A stretch of 59,086 nt of DNA, counting the filler, from Sphacelaria rigidula (lineage: Eukaryota), in assembly GCA_964200075.2 (NCBI GenBank). It is 9 parts of 9 records of this genome, joined end to end, with 100 filler letters (N's around TTAATTAATTAA, not from the genome) between each part and the next. Parts side by side here need not be neighbours in the genome. Positions count along the whole stretch, not along the records: positions 32,883 to 39,358 come from CAXNAA020019853.1; positions 39,459 to 45,934 come from CAXNAA020019854.1; positions 46,035 to 52,510 come from CAXNAA020019855.1; 6 more parts are not named here. One strand, given 5' to 3'. Every line of letters begins with the position of its first letter. Position 1 is the stretch's first letter. Made by a program: the position numbers and the translations under genes. The notes under the pieces were generated by a model that saw only the letters and a program-made list of their open reading frames with translations, was not told the origin of the DNA and did not search any database. Shown here piece after piece: positions 36,435 through 49,953 of this stretch.

Positions 36435-39286
36435 GCGCTTAATACAGTGTATCGACGTAGTTATGATCGTACGCCGATAGTGGGATCCAGTTGTGACTTG
36501 CTCAATTGTTTTGGCGTTAGTTTTCTGAGTGTCAAGCTTGTTGCTCGATTCTCGTCCAACGCGCTTTGGGGGTGTTGTGACGAAATCACGCCGTCACGTT
36601 GAGTATATAGTGGACCCTGGATAATGACCAGGGGACGAGGGCATCCTGTGGATGATGACCCTTGCTGTGTAGCCTAGGCCTGACGGTGCGGGCTGCAGCT
36701 GTTTACTCCGGAATAATGAGATGTTGTAATGGTCGGGGAGGAGTTATCTGCTAACAGTTCGAACTATGAAGTGTTACACTAGAGTGGTCAATTCCAATGA
36801 CGGCACAACACAATTCTTCACCGTGAGAGCTACATCCACGCGTGATTTTGCGGGATCTCACCTGAGTGAGACCCTTGACCCAGGACTGATCGGATCCGTT
36901 GTACCCACACCACAAGCCTGAGCTAGCGCCGGTCGACGTTAACTCGATTTGAGTTGTGGGGCCGCTGGCCGCATTACATGAAAGGGGGCCGCACCATCTA
37001 CGTTTTGGTGTGTGGTCGGGAGCCGTGGTTGGCTTGAGGTCATTCTCGTGGAACGATTGATCACCGGAGGCTGAGGGGTAAGTTCCTTCGGGGTGTGGAT
37101 TGTTTTCTCTTGTGTATCAACAACGGGCCTGCTATCAAGTACAGAGACTAAGACCGTGATTTGGGATGTAGTCGTGAAGGCATGCGACCACCGTTTTGTA
37201 CTCCGGACAGGTTTAGAATATATTGTCGGGTGGTACACGGGGTTGTCAGACTACCGCTTTTGGTGGTGCGCTGGCGCGAAGTACTGGGCTGGCTACGGTG
37301 ATACTTGATACAGCGTAGTGTGTATGGGAGCACGTGCGGTTACTGGTGAGGGCGTTTGGAACCTTGGCAAAACGACCTGTGTTGCCCTCATTCGGGGATG
37401 CATCGTGGTGCAAGTTCATCGATGCCAATCCTTTGATGGTATCGATTCGGGAATACCGTAGTGGTTATTTGAAAACAAAATTCCACTGCATTACTCAAAT
37501 GCGTTCGAGGGATGTTTGTCACGCTGGGGGAAAGATCAATACAGTTCGAGCGGTCTGTCGAGGTAGCGTATGCAATACATGCCTTGACAGACAGCTTATA
37601 GTACATTGGGTAACAACCCGAAATTGAAAACATCCGTCCTTCTGCTGCATAGGTGCAGAGTCGTCACGCACTCGGATATCCGACGCGTTCGGTTCGGATA
37701 GTGTTCGTGCGCATGATGGTTTTTTAGTCATTACCTAGTTTCCCATACATCACCAGCGCCTCCTCTCGAAATTCCACTCACACTACGAAAGTGGAAGCGC
37801 TGGACATTTGCATACTGGTGTACTGTACGTGGAAACCGAGAGACTTCAAATCGAAGAGCCGGTGGCTCGAACAGGATATCGATCCAAGCACCAAAACTGG
37901 CATGCCTTGCTGGAAATTGCAATTCGTAATTGGAATAAAGATGTTTGATGGACAGACTGCCGAACACAAGCAGCACGCTGGGCTGGGTGACGCATCCTTC
38001 AAGGTGTCCTAGTGTCGAAAATCCACGTGAAAAAATCACGCACCCAGGAGACGAGGCGCACGCCTGCGGGGTGGAAACAGTATTGCCGCTGAACGACTGT
38101 GTGTGCAGAACACTTTTGTGAAGTGGAACCAGACGGAATTGACCCGCAGGCTTCGGTCGGCACCTGAAATGTTGCCCCAACACGAGGGTTACACGGGAAA
38201 ACGTGACTCGTGGTACTCAACCGGAAGGGCTGTACTCGTGTGATGAACTCCAAGAAGAGAAAAACAATAAGAGGCGGCCGAACATCGTACAGTGCTACAA
38301 AGCACTTGCGATGGCAGCATTTGTCCATCGGTGGTTGTCCGATTCGGAGACGGTGTTACTACTGTAGTACTCATGTACTCCAGTGCCGAATAACCCGAAG
38401 TTGACAAACACGTGTACATACTCGAGATGATGTGACACCCGACTGCAGCCGTGTCACATGCCGGCGACAAATCAAATCGAACACTCCGGCGAAGAAAATG
38501 TATCGAGTGCATGGGAGGCAGATACACCTACCTATCGCTGAACAACTCGTGGTGCGGGGTAGGTTAACCGTATCGGAACTATGACAGCAATGCACTGTGG
38601 CTACAGCCCGACTACAGTTTACTGTACTGAAGTGCAGAGTAATAACTCAAAACAAGAACGTAAATAACTTTTCCGTCCGCGCACGAAGTGCAGTGTTTCA
38701 AGTAACCACAACGCCGGTGTCTCGGCCAGGATGTTGATCCAATCACGACCGCTGGCATGGGCTATGGAAACTCGCAGGCCATACTGAATAGGCCACTCGA
38801 GAATACTGGCAGATCCACCAGCAGACGGAACTTGGTGACAGCGATGCCGAAAAGTGAATTATCCAACGCTACCACGAAAAAACAAAACCAAAATATATAC
38901 CCGGTACAGGGCATCGTCTATGGAAGCAACGCAGCTGCCGATCAAAGACCGCATCATGCGTGGGCACATGGAAACAAGATACCATTTGCTTTCCGGATGG
39001 CACAAACAATTTGATGTAGGAACTGCGGGAGGGAACAATTTGGTCCGTCTGTACTCCTGTGCTGTGGTGAAGGGTAGCTGTCCTCGCAAAGGACACGCAG
39101 TAGACACCAGAAGAAGGTGTGTTATGCATTGCTGTTGGCTGATCGTTTGTCGATCCACCACCTCAAGCACAGCACAATAGTGCAAACATATAACAGAAAC
39201 GTATTACTCATAAACGTACACACATGAGTAGCAGTGATCAACAGTGTGTAATTACTCCGCATGTTCTCATGAAAAAGGGTAGGAAC

Positions 39287-39358
39287 TGTGGCGAAATCAC
39301 GCCGTCACGATTGAGTATATAGTGGATCCTGGATGATGACCAGGGGACAAGGGCATCC
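39287..39358 (+). repeat. Third copy of the Gypsy LTR, cut by the contig end
   Basis: tgtggcgaaatcacgccgtcacgattgagtatatagtggatcctgg... matches 34304 and 36576. Confidence 0.9.
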
Positions 39359-42300
39359 NNNNNNNNNNNNNNNNNNNNNNNNNNNNNNNNNNNNNNNNNN
39401 NNTTAATTAATTAANNNNNNNNNNNNNNNNNNNNNNNNNNNNNNNNNNNNNNNNNNNNTACGACAGAGTACAATAGCGTGCACGACATGAGTCTACCCTT
39501 GACATCAGCTGAAAATATCATGATCACACGCAGTACAGAGGAGTAGGTGAAGAGATCCCCACAGAGCCTGACGGTGACTATCTGCGAATACAGACAGTAG
39601 ACGGGGGCATAAGTGAGGTAAATGAGACGTCGGTTTCGCCTTTGTTGCTTCAACTTAGGCGCAAGCTTGCTATGGTGCGGTGCAAAGCATCTACTGCATG
39701 TGCGGCGTGATGATTGCTTCACGGAGAGTCAGCCATGCACTTTAGCCGAGGTTACAAAACACCGACGGGTCGAACAATTAATTCGTCATACCTGTAAAAT
39801 AAAGGGCCTTTCGAACCTTCTTTTCTTCCACGTTCCATTCGCACGGGTCTAAGAAACACGCTCTGCGCAAATCGTTTGCTCAAAAGCTGTAGAAAAACAA
39901 CCATTTTCTTGTCCGAAAAAATGTCAAATGTAAATCGTCAATTTTCCACCAACGGTTCCAAAAGGGTTAGAACAATTCACAGGCAGGCATTTGCATTACA
40001 CTCGATGAGGGAATGAGAACTGTAGCCATTTGTGCTGAGCTCGGTGAGAAATTGGATTGAAGCAGTTGCGTTGAAAGTGCAAATAATGTAAGACGCGAAC
40101 CTCAGCCAACATGGAAGAATCTTGAGTGCTGACGCGTACTGTAGGTTCAACTATGACGCGGAAAAGGACAGCCCATGAGAGTACATTCGTGAACAAACGA
40201 GGAGGTTACACCCTGCTCTCTGCTAAAAGTTATCCTTCCCTACTTTCGTTCGCGTGTGAACCCCTTGTAATAGCAAAGTGCATACGGTACCCTCTTGCAC
40301 CCTTTTCCACCCTTTTACGTGCAAGTGGTGGCCGTACCCCCAGCTCAGCAGACGATTCGCCGAACAATCACCACCATACCCATTTTTTGTCAATTTCACG
40401 TCGCCAAAAGGCCAAGAACAACGAACGAGCGCCCTGCTGGATGGCCCGCAGACCCGGAAGATCGGACGATGAATCCAGGACGCGACTGTTCGTGTGCTGG
40501 AGCCCACAAAGATCCAACGAGCATGCGTAATGCCGTTGGGCCTGTGTTTGTGTGCTTTTGTCTCACTAGGGTAGCAGCATCAGCTGCAGCTGCAGTAGTA
40601 CGATGACTACGGAAGAAGATACACGTGCAATTGAGACGATGGAGGTGTGCCAGCCTTGCCTGGGCACGCCGACTGTGTCATACCGTTATATTCAGCCGCT
40701 GATGGGGAAAATGTTCGCATCATGTATGTACGGCGTAGTCGCAGCAGCACAGACAATCAAGCAAGGGGGGAGGCAGTTGAGAAGATGTGACATGCGTGAA
40801 TAATCAACATACTCTCAAGGTGTAGCAGCCCTGCACTGACAGTACCAGGACTGCTGCGAAAGCATGGATGATAGCACAGGATGTATGTTGGTTGCATGTT
40901 TCGAGCCAGTGGCGGCCGCCAACGTGCGCCGCTCGTACACCATTAGAAGCATATGCCCACGAGAACTGAAAACTGCTCAGCGACGAGGTACATTGTAACT
41001 CTGCATGTTCTCTACGGCGAGCTCAAAACCGGTCAGGGATTTTCCGTGACCACCTTCTACGTATTTTTGCCCAATATCCACATGTTCTGAGAGGGACTTT
41101 GTCTAGTTAAGAAACAGCCTTTCGAACCCTAAATTTCGCGTCTTCTGTCTGGGTCTATCTGGGGGGGATCGCAGTCGAAGTTTATGAGCTCATATCGTCA
41201 CTTGGTTGAATTGCTTTTTGAAGAACTTCCTTTGAAAACATTTCGACTTCAAATAACGCTGAGTCTGACCTCAACCACAGGCATACCGTGAACTCTCGGG
41301 CAAGAGCAGTGCAGAGGGTGCTCTAGCAAAGTGTCACTTGGCCGGCTTGGACAGAAACGTGATCTGCTCACGCTCTGGTGGGAGCACGTGGGACTATCGG
41401 TCGCACTGAAGATCCGAAGGTCAGTCTACACGCTAAAATCAAGTAATGATATTCCGTGACAGTTTTCACGCGTCGAACAGATCATGATCTGTCTGAAACA
41501 ACTGATCAAAAAGGATTCTCGACTACATTGGTCCGAAAACACAGAATATCTACCCGTATAGTCAGAAAAGCCAAGACGCAACCTTGGCGCTACCCCCCGC
41601 GCTCGGCGTCCGGCGCTGTAAGGAGCAAACATGGAAACGGGGGGGGGCAAATGATGCGGATCATGATTCGGATCAATAAGCTAAGAACAAGGAAATTCCG
41701 ATGGATCTTGATCGGGCCGAAGTTTCATCCGATCAAGTGAGTGTTGTGATATATCGCACCCTAGACAAGAAAAAACAGCAGTAAAAAATGTACTTCGTAG
41801 AGATTCCAATTCAATCCCTATCGCGAAGTGTCTCCAAAGGTCGGTACTAAACCTTTTCGGGTATGGTATACCCTGCACCCCGCACCCCGCACCCGTGCCG
41901 TCCAATGCAAAATTGAAAATATCCCGAAAAACCAAGCGTATGATTTCGGTGACAGCACCGCAACCACGCTATATGTGCCTGATATATTGGTAACATGCGC
42001 CCAAAGTCAAACCAAGACAAAAACGCGTGTGACGACGTGTAAAACGCACACAAGTTAGGTATCGGAGTGTTTCAAGTTGCCGAACAGACGTACGTGCAGT
42101 AGGCTCGGAAATAGTACCGTAGGAAGAGGTGGGGGTGATGGTGTTCACCTCCTTGGGCTCCGGCCTCACGAACGACCCAAAGGGCGTCTCGCTGGCTGGT
42201 CGTCAGTGCAGGGAATGGCACACGTTATCATAACCAATCGCGCCTATTCAGAAGTCTCAAGAGAGTGTATTCATTCCAGCTTACCTCACCTATCACGGTC

Positions 42301-45300
42301 AGTACTACACCAGTATCATACACAGGGTTGTTCCCTCATCGGTAGAGTAGAGGCGGTATTTCGGAAGGTTAGGCGTCCAAACACAGCGCACGTGGCGTCT
42401 GATGACACTGAAACTTGACGTATTTATAGGTTGAGGCCGCAGGTAGCTTTGCTTCAACAGTATCGACGGCCCAGTGCTGTTTGTACGCTGCGTGCGTCGG
42501 TTAAAAGGAAAATTATCCACCATGCTGCCTCTACGCTTGGAAGCGTTTTCGCTTTCGAACAAGAAATATGAAGGGCACGATATCGATGCGGAGGCAGCGG
42601 CCAGCCTAGTTGTTCAGGTTGGACCACGTGTCGGTTGACGCTACGCTCGTTGAAACACAGATAACAAGCACCGGTCAGGCTTCGTCATATCGTTGAGGCT
42701 GCTTGCCCCAAATTTTATACCCCGTCTCGGGCAAGATGTGGCTGTACAGCCAAGTCAAAGAGAACAATATCTTTTGCCAAGGACCATCGTGAAACCGTTC
42801 GGGAGGGGGACAACGTCCTTTTACAGGCAGTACCAGGGATTGGGTGGGCGGCATCACGTCAGACTGACCACTATGAGGGCGGTTGTTGGTGTCTTCTAGT
42901 CCGGAGAATCAGAATCGAGCTGCGAAGTTTGTTGGGCGGGCTCCCACGTGGACATCTTGAGTTTTTTCCGACATGCACCTTATGGGCCTTTTTGTGGAGT
43001 TTTCCCCATTTTATTCGCTCTCGAAGTGGGATCGAGCGCAGTCGTCAGTTTTTGTTGATTAACAGCGGGAGTTCCAGCCCTGCCCAGGTATGATTCACGT
43101 CGTACAGTCAGTCCAGCCCTGCCGACTCGTATTACACAGTGTCAATTTCGTCAAATTTCGCGTGGGAAGATGTATTTCTCGGATATCAAGCTCTTTCTGC
43201 GTACATCGTAAGATGCATTTCCTGCTATCCGAGCGCCGCAGCCACCCGTCTTGTCTGCAGCTCCAGCTTTCCGTGCTGATGCGGATACCTCTCTTTCGAG
43301 GACGCGTGTTCCTTTCATCTCAAGACATTCACGCTGTAAACATGACCGTTTCAAAGGAACCTGCACACTAGCGAAGAAAAACAACCCCTGAAAGGTCTCG
43401 TTGTGATGGAACAGCAGTGTACAGCACAGAGAGAGGTAGCAAGGTGCAGGGCAGCACAGCATCGCACCACACCGAACTGCACCATGCAGTATCCATACGC
43501 CCATCTGTGGCTGTTCCTTCACCGACAGACGTGTCTCCCAGCTCGAAGTCAGGGCAACAACGACGTGTCTTGGGGGCTGATGACCAAAAACGAGCCTACG
43601 GTACAGCACACTATATTGTTTGTGCGGCAGATGTATCATCGGAAGCCAGGTGCACACTACCCTTGTGACCAGTAGTTGCGGGCGGCCTTTGCTCCCAATC
43701 ACCTTGCTATGAGGGGCACGAGTGGCAGCTTCTGTCATGGCTGGGCGTTGCAGTCGTCGCGCATGCTCGGTTCATGTGATTTCTCAGCTGCTCGTCAGTA
43801 TTGATACACTGACTTTTGGTTGTGTCTACGGAGGGGTAGCCCGCTTTGCGGCTTTGTGGGGGGTCTCCGCAGTTTGTCTTCATCTGAAAATCAAAAGTTA
43901 CCATCAATCGCCCATGCGATTTCGAAGTGTTTTGTGAAAAAACATCAAGTGAGATAAGCCCCAGAAAGCACCCAAACCCCGATACAAGACTCGTGTCTTG
44001 TTTGCACGCTCTGGATTATGACAATGGATTGCATTTTCGAAACGTGTACTGCGTACAGTATGGAATCTATTTTCTATCGCCGTAGACGCAACAATCGATT
44101 CGGTACGCAGCACACGATTTGACTAATTATCTTTCGTGTAGAGTATGCTTGTTTGCCTCTCTGTGTTGATACTTGATCGTTATATGGGGCATGTTCTCCC
44201 CGAGGCACGCTGCGGCCGTATAAACTAGATATAAACTGCCTGTTTGTGGTCACTGGCCGATATATTGCTCCAGCCTCTGCTTCCGTGCTTGGTCTAGCAC
44301 CACCGGAAGATGAGAAAAAGCACAACATCAACGCTATCTTCATGTACTACTCACACGGCGTGGGGCGCAAGAGTTGGGTGAGTGTTGACCTCTTCATCGC
44401 CCGCGAATCACTGACTGGCAGTGTGGCATGTACTGTTCGCTTGTTGGTACAGCTGTCAGCTTTTCACCGCCGCTGTGTTCTCCAACGTTCGCTCCTCTGT
44501 GCCTTTTTAGTGTACAGTAGGTACCACCCTACCGCGGCATCCAACCACCACGGTAATGCACGGTGAGATCTTGATGGTAACTCGAACTCGAGCTTAGCCT
44601 ACTGAACACGGGCAGTCTCTCGCAGCCAAAAGGAGAAAGACGACAAACTGAATCCAGAGCTACACCCATCAATATCAAGCACTTGTTCAGTGACCAGAAA
44701 CCGTGAAAAGCATGGTAATTCTCTTCCAGACAGAAGATTGAAGTGCTTACTTACCCCCGGTCGCGTGTGTTTTGTTATAGTGCGTAATACAGTACATTCA
44801 TGCTTCAGTACGCGCGTGTCCACCTACTACAAAACTTGAAGTCCTGAAATGGAAAACAAAACGTCATCCAGGAGAATATATATATATATATATATATATA
44901 TATCTTGAAAAAAATCGGAAGTGATCTGGAGGTCACTGAAAGTTCGGCCTGTTTACCAGAGATCGGACACGTTCACCCCTGTCCCATTGAGGGCACGTGG
45001 TGTTGACTGACGTCGGCAATTCATTCATTTTATTCCTGTACCGCAGTTCGGCGAGGTATATTTGCGCGGTGTTTTCAAGATGGTGATGAGAAACCACCGG
45101 ACTAGCAGTATTGCGCGGGTATTGTCTGGACGGGAACGGGAGCATATGATTTTCTCGATAGCGGTTTGGATTGGAACCGGAGCACGTCATGTGCTTGGTA
45201 ACGGTTTGGATGGGAGTGGTAATTGTGATCCATCATTGTAACCTTCCATGCACCAACAACTGTGGTTTTGCCAAGGTGTAAACCACGTGGGATAAATGAC

Positions 45301-45839
45301 GAAATGAGCCGCGGTGATTTCGTAATTTCGCACGTGGTGACGAATGTTGTGGGACTTGAAGCTGTACTCTGCACACATGACCCCGATTTCTTCTGGGGGA
45401 ACTTCGACGCGCTGCTAACGTGGCCAATTCTGCAAATATTTATGATGCTCGACATATACGGAGGGGAGAACGGGGAGCGTTTACAGCTGAGTTTGTTGAA
45501 CTTTGGTCGATGCGGTGCGGGAGTGTTTGGTCATAATGCAATCCTCCATACGGGAATGTAAGGCAAGTACCAAGAGAGGGAGGGATGGGTTGTTCGCTCG
45601 GGAACACGGATTCATCCCCAAAAGGTAGAGAAGATGGAAGCTAGGAAAACACAATCGAAGTTGACGCTCCGAAGTCGAATGAGATGGCATGGGAAGAGAG
45701 AGGGCAAAGCGTGTCGCTGCTCTTTTGCCCCCAATGGTGACGCACCCATGAGGCGGTATATAAGCCGTGGCTGTCTCTGGAAGTGGCGACACTAGAAAAT
45801 TAAGTAACTCATTGTAGGCTGTCATCCAAATGAATCAGT

Positions 45840-45934
45840 AGGCTTCGGGCCGAACAATTTTAGCAGGATGCAGCTCACCCTTCATGCGACTCGCCGAACA
45901 CACCACGGCGCTTCGCGCTTGGTGGTTCGAGTGC
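45840..45934 (-). repeat. Dispersed repeat (related pieces at 32883-32925 and ~11918-11950)
   Basis: tgcatcctgctaaRattgttcggcccgaag is shared with 32883-32925, and caccaagcgcgaagcgccgt is shared with ~11918-11950. Confidence 0.7.
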
Positions 45935-46967
45935 NNNNNNNNNNNNNNNNNNNNNNNNNNNNNNNNNNNNNNNNNNNNTTAATTAATTAANNNNNNNNNN
46001 NNNNNNNNNNNNNNNNNNNNNNNNNNNNNNNNNNCATCCGCTGAATGCATCGATCGAGAGTTTCATAGAGATTTTAGTATTGGCGCTATCTCCCTTGTTG
46101 AGTGTTTTTGATGTTTTCGAAAAACGAAAACAAAAGAGGGACGTCACTCTGATGACATGAACCATCAAGAATGATTGCATCCATTTGTTTTTCCTTCCAC
46201 ATCTTTTCGTTCGTGTAAGCCGTGTGTAAGGGAGCGAGACGACGTGTTAGCTTCCCAGCACCACAGCGAAAAACCACACGTTGTTGTTGCTACTGCTACT
46301 GCGATTGTTGTTGCTGTTACTGTTGTTGGCACCACGGCGAAGAATCACTTGTGTTGCTTCTCGATGGGTTGGGGTGGTGATAGCCGCGAGAGAGCGCAAA
46401 AGTCGCCACGGGTTGCACACTTACCTCCTTAGACGTGCGATTGTTTGTTTGTTTGTTTGATTAATTGATTGACCAATCAGTTGATCATCTCGTATCGGAC
46501 TGGTCCAGCTGCGAGTCAGACCGAGTTCACGAAAAAAAAAGGTTGCTGTGATACCCGCATAAGACAAATATTTCAAGGTTACCCACGCGACATCTGTTCT
46601 ATTTTCGTTGAGTGGGCGTGCGAAAAGATGGAAGAAGCGAGGAGGGAATAACATCCGCTAAATGTTACTGTAGAAAAATTAGGATAAGATATGATGGGAT
46701 AAGACAAGGGGAACATGTTCATACCTTGAGCATGAGGCACCACGGATATTATCATCAGTGAAGGCTGTTTGCATAGCCCGACCCTCTCCCAACTCACCTA
46801 TACCACCTGCGTATAAAACACAAAGTATGGCCGGTTTTCCGACCTTCATGGCTTTTGCCCCCTTGTACCCTTTTGGTTGTTGCGTGTATATCATCCCCTT
46901 CCCTGCTCCACCCATCCCCCCCGCCCCCCCCGCCCCCCAAAATAATGAATAAAACGAAACGATTCAG

Positions 46968-47045
46968 GTTATCGAGCAACACTTCGGGACCGATGGGGTG
47001 AAGAGTCAGGCGCTTGAGGTGGTGACGGAGGACGTCATCCAAAAC
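46968..47045 (+). CDS. tig: Trigger factor exon (VIEQHFGTDGVKSQALEVVTEDVIQN)
   Basis: attcag acceptor, AAC|gtgag donor, 78 bp, phase 0. Matches the helix following the GFRxGKxP loop of the ribosome-binding domain. Confidence 0.75.
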
Positions 47046-48350
47046 GTGAGGCGGAGCAAGCAAAAAATAAAATTTTGTGAAAAGAAAAAAAGAAATCAGA
47101 AGAAAACAAAATAAAAAATAGGAAATTATTTAACTATTGACGTTTGTACTCTCTTGTGTGCTGTGTACCATATTTGATTCATTGATGAGATTTTGGTGAA
47201 ATTGATGAATTGTCGCACATGAACTGATCCCCGTGAGATCTCGCCCTGGTCACTATCCATACGATGAACGTATCCAAGGTGAACGAATCAGAAATACTCG
47301 CTACTTGTTCTACTGCAGTGTGCTTCACGTAGCGGCCGTGCTTTCCTTGTGACGTTCGTTAGGTGAAACGACAATAAATAAGAAATACGGTCAAGGAAGT
47401 CGCGAAGGTGACAACAGTCGTGTGTGTGTGCGTGTGTGTGCGTGCGCGCTCCGGTGCTGTGTAAGAGGATAGATCCGAATCTGCCGTTCTCATGGCGAAG
47501 GATCGTTGAGAGTTGACCTGCACAGAAGTAACACACCCGAAAAAGTGAGCTTTTGAATCGCCTCCTCAAGCTTGTGCTGACGTTTTTGGGCTTTTGTTTT
47601 CACTCGTTGGACAACAGTCTGACGTCAGCAATAACAAAACCCTTTTTTCATTTTTTTTTTTCAACAAGGAGTCGACGCGGGGAGGGACTACAGGTACCGA
47701 TCCAACGCCCTGCGATGCGAACATACAAGGAAAATATGTACAGTACCCCGGGAGACGGATAAGTTGATTCCTTGAAACCAATCCACGGACAACAAAGTTT
47801 TCGTGAGATTGAGAGTCGAGTGTTGACTGAGAGAGACTTTCATCATTCGCTCTAACTTGATCAGTTTTGAGTTCTTGTGGGTGCTTTTATTTGCCTGTAA
47901 CACTGGCGTGCGCCTACAGGTACACGTCGATATCCTACTCAGGGACATCGAAGGCTTCAGTGGCAAGCTACTACAGAAATCATATTATGCCTCGTGGAGG
48001 GGCACTTCGGAGCTGAATAGATTTCACTCACTAATTGACCGCTTCCCACTCTCAACCGTGTCCTAGACGCTTGATTTCACGAAAACAATTTGTTGGACTC
48101 GTCCTGAGGAAAGGGGAGGGATAGGTCAACCCTTTTGGAACCCATTGGCGATTTTTTTTCTTCTTGTGAATCGGCATCATTTTCAATTATTCTCAAGTCA
48201 AAATGATGCCGATTGACAAAAACAAACATCGTCAGTGGGCACCCACAGGGCTTAAACAAAAGCGTGACAAAAAAACAACTGAACGGTGTTTTTTTTTGTT
48301 TTTGTTTTTTGCTCGGACAACGTGCAAATGACGCACGAAAATATTCGCAG

Positions 48351-48461
48351 GCGATCGAGAACGTAGATTTCAGGGCAATTGGCAGCGCGGAGCTAATTCA
48401 AGACCCCGACACAATCATGAAGATGTTCACTCCGGGATCGCCGATCATGCTAGAGGTCAAG
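48351..48461 (+). CDS. tig: Trigger factor exon (AIENVDFRAIGSAELIQDPDTIMKMFTPGSPIMLEVK)
   Basis: ttcgcag acceptor, AAG|gtgtgt donor, phase 0. AI....AIG...FxPG resembles cyanobacterial/plastid trigger factor. Confidence 0.8.
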
Positions 48462-49867
48462 GTGTGTTTCGGTTTGATGATATTTTTTCGTCTTGAGCCG
48501 GTGTTTCTCACACTTTCTCATCGCCTCGTTCATTGTGTCCGTCGTGGTGATACTTTTGTTGTTGTTGCGTGTTTTTGCGCTCTTCGCGTCCTGTATTCAT
48601 TACGAGAATAAATACCGGCGGGCTGTATCTTCACCTATATAACTACCTCGGGGTCCGTGAGCGTGCTATCACTTGAAGGTGAACGAACATGCGGGGTACA
48701 ACTCTGATCAAAGGCAGAGAGTGGAACTTCACGTACAGCGGCGAGACCTCTGATCACGCCGTTACTGGACAGGAGAAAAGAACATTCAAACATTCACACC
48801 CTGGACAATGGCGGAGTATCACCTTGTCAAAAAGTGTATTGCGTATAACAGGACTTCTATCTATGTTGTCATGGACACTAGATTCCACTCTGTACGCGGT
48901 AGGTTTTTTTACCATGTGATGTATTTGTCATTGTCCGAGTTGTTCACATATCGGGCGCGGCAGATCTGTAGTCACGGCACCAATGATAATCCGAGAGGAG
49001 AAATTCGAGTAATGCTGACACGCTCGCGTCGTTGAGTGGTGGGGCGGAAGCGTTACTAATGAACTCGTTGTCGTATACGTGAAACCATGAGATGAGAATC
49101 ATGGTCAGGGTACTATGCATTCGTGTCAGAAATTACGACGGTAGGATCGTCCGTGCACGGCGAGTGGGACGATGGTGAGGGATTTGTCCACGTCTGACGG
49201 CGTTGTGGACTACCCGCCCTCACAGCAGTAAATCACACCCCGGACAATATATTGCAGTGTTGAAAAAAGTGTACCGCGTACATTATGGAACCTTTTGTCT
49301 ATTGCAATAGTCCACTCTGTACCCAGTATATTTTTACATCGTGATATATTGCCATTATCCAGGGTGTGCAATTATCACTCCCAACGGTCAGGCGTCCCTT
49401 CTCCTTTCGTACAGTAGTGGTTGCGGTCAGCCGTGGGGTTGGAAGTCCTCATCTACTGGTACGAAGATGTTACAATCAACGTTAGGGTTGCTTGTTTTCC
49501 GTCATTTTGTTCAAAAACCTCCACGCGTTCATGACCTGTGGCCTTGATATCTGCCGTACTGATGCCACGCGCGTCAGCCGTGAACTATCTTGTGTTTTTT
49601 TTTTTTTCATCTAATTTATTATTTTCATTTTTGACTTCGTTTTTATTGTTCACGCACATTTGCCCGATCGCTCTAACCCGTGGCCATAGTTTCGTGTATG
49701 TAGTTGTATATTGCATTTTTGCGCATCCGGTTATACGTGCATGCGCACAATTTACAGTGGGATGAACCGCCGACCGTCTCCGATCCCCTCCCCCTCCTGT
49801 ATGTGTCGTTTGCATCCAAAATATTTGTGGTATATGCATGTGAATGTGTTTTCTGTGCATGTTGAAG

Positions 49868-49953
49868 GTCGATGTATGGCCGGAGGTCAAGCTGGTCGGA
49901 GAATACACGGGCTTCACCTTGGAGGTGGAGGAGCCTCCTAAGGACGAGCCACG
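49868..49953 (+). CDS. tig: Trigger factor exon (VDVWPEVKLVGEYTGFTLEVEEPPKDEP)
   Basis: gttgaag acceptor, CG|gtaag donor. VDVxPEV.L..YxG.. is the end of the trigger factor N-domain. Confidence 0.85.

Larger units (their letters stand above)
34304..36729 (+). mobile_element. Internally deleted Ty3/Gypsy LTR retrotransposon
   Basis: 5' LTR 34304-34547 (TGTGACGA...TCGTCACA). The 3' LTR at 36576-36729 matches its first 154 bp and follows a G-rich PPT-like tract. Gag and integrase lie between. Confidence 0.92.

Noticed and set aside
39459..45934. Numerous 60-195 aa ORFs in contig 7
   Set aside because: No recognisable motifs or consistent splice-bounded exons. Probably decayed repeats, left unannotated.
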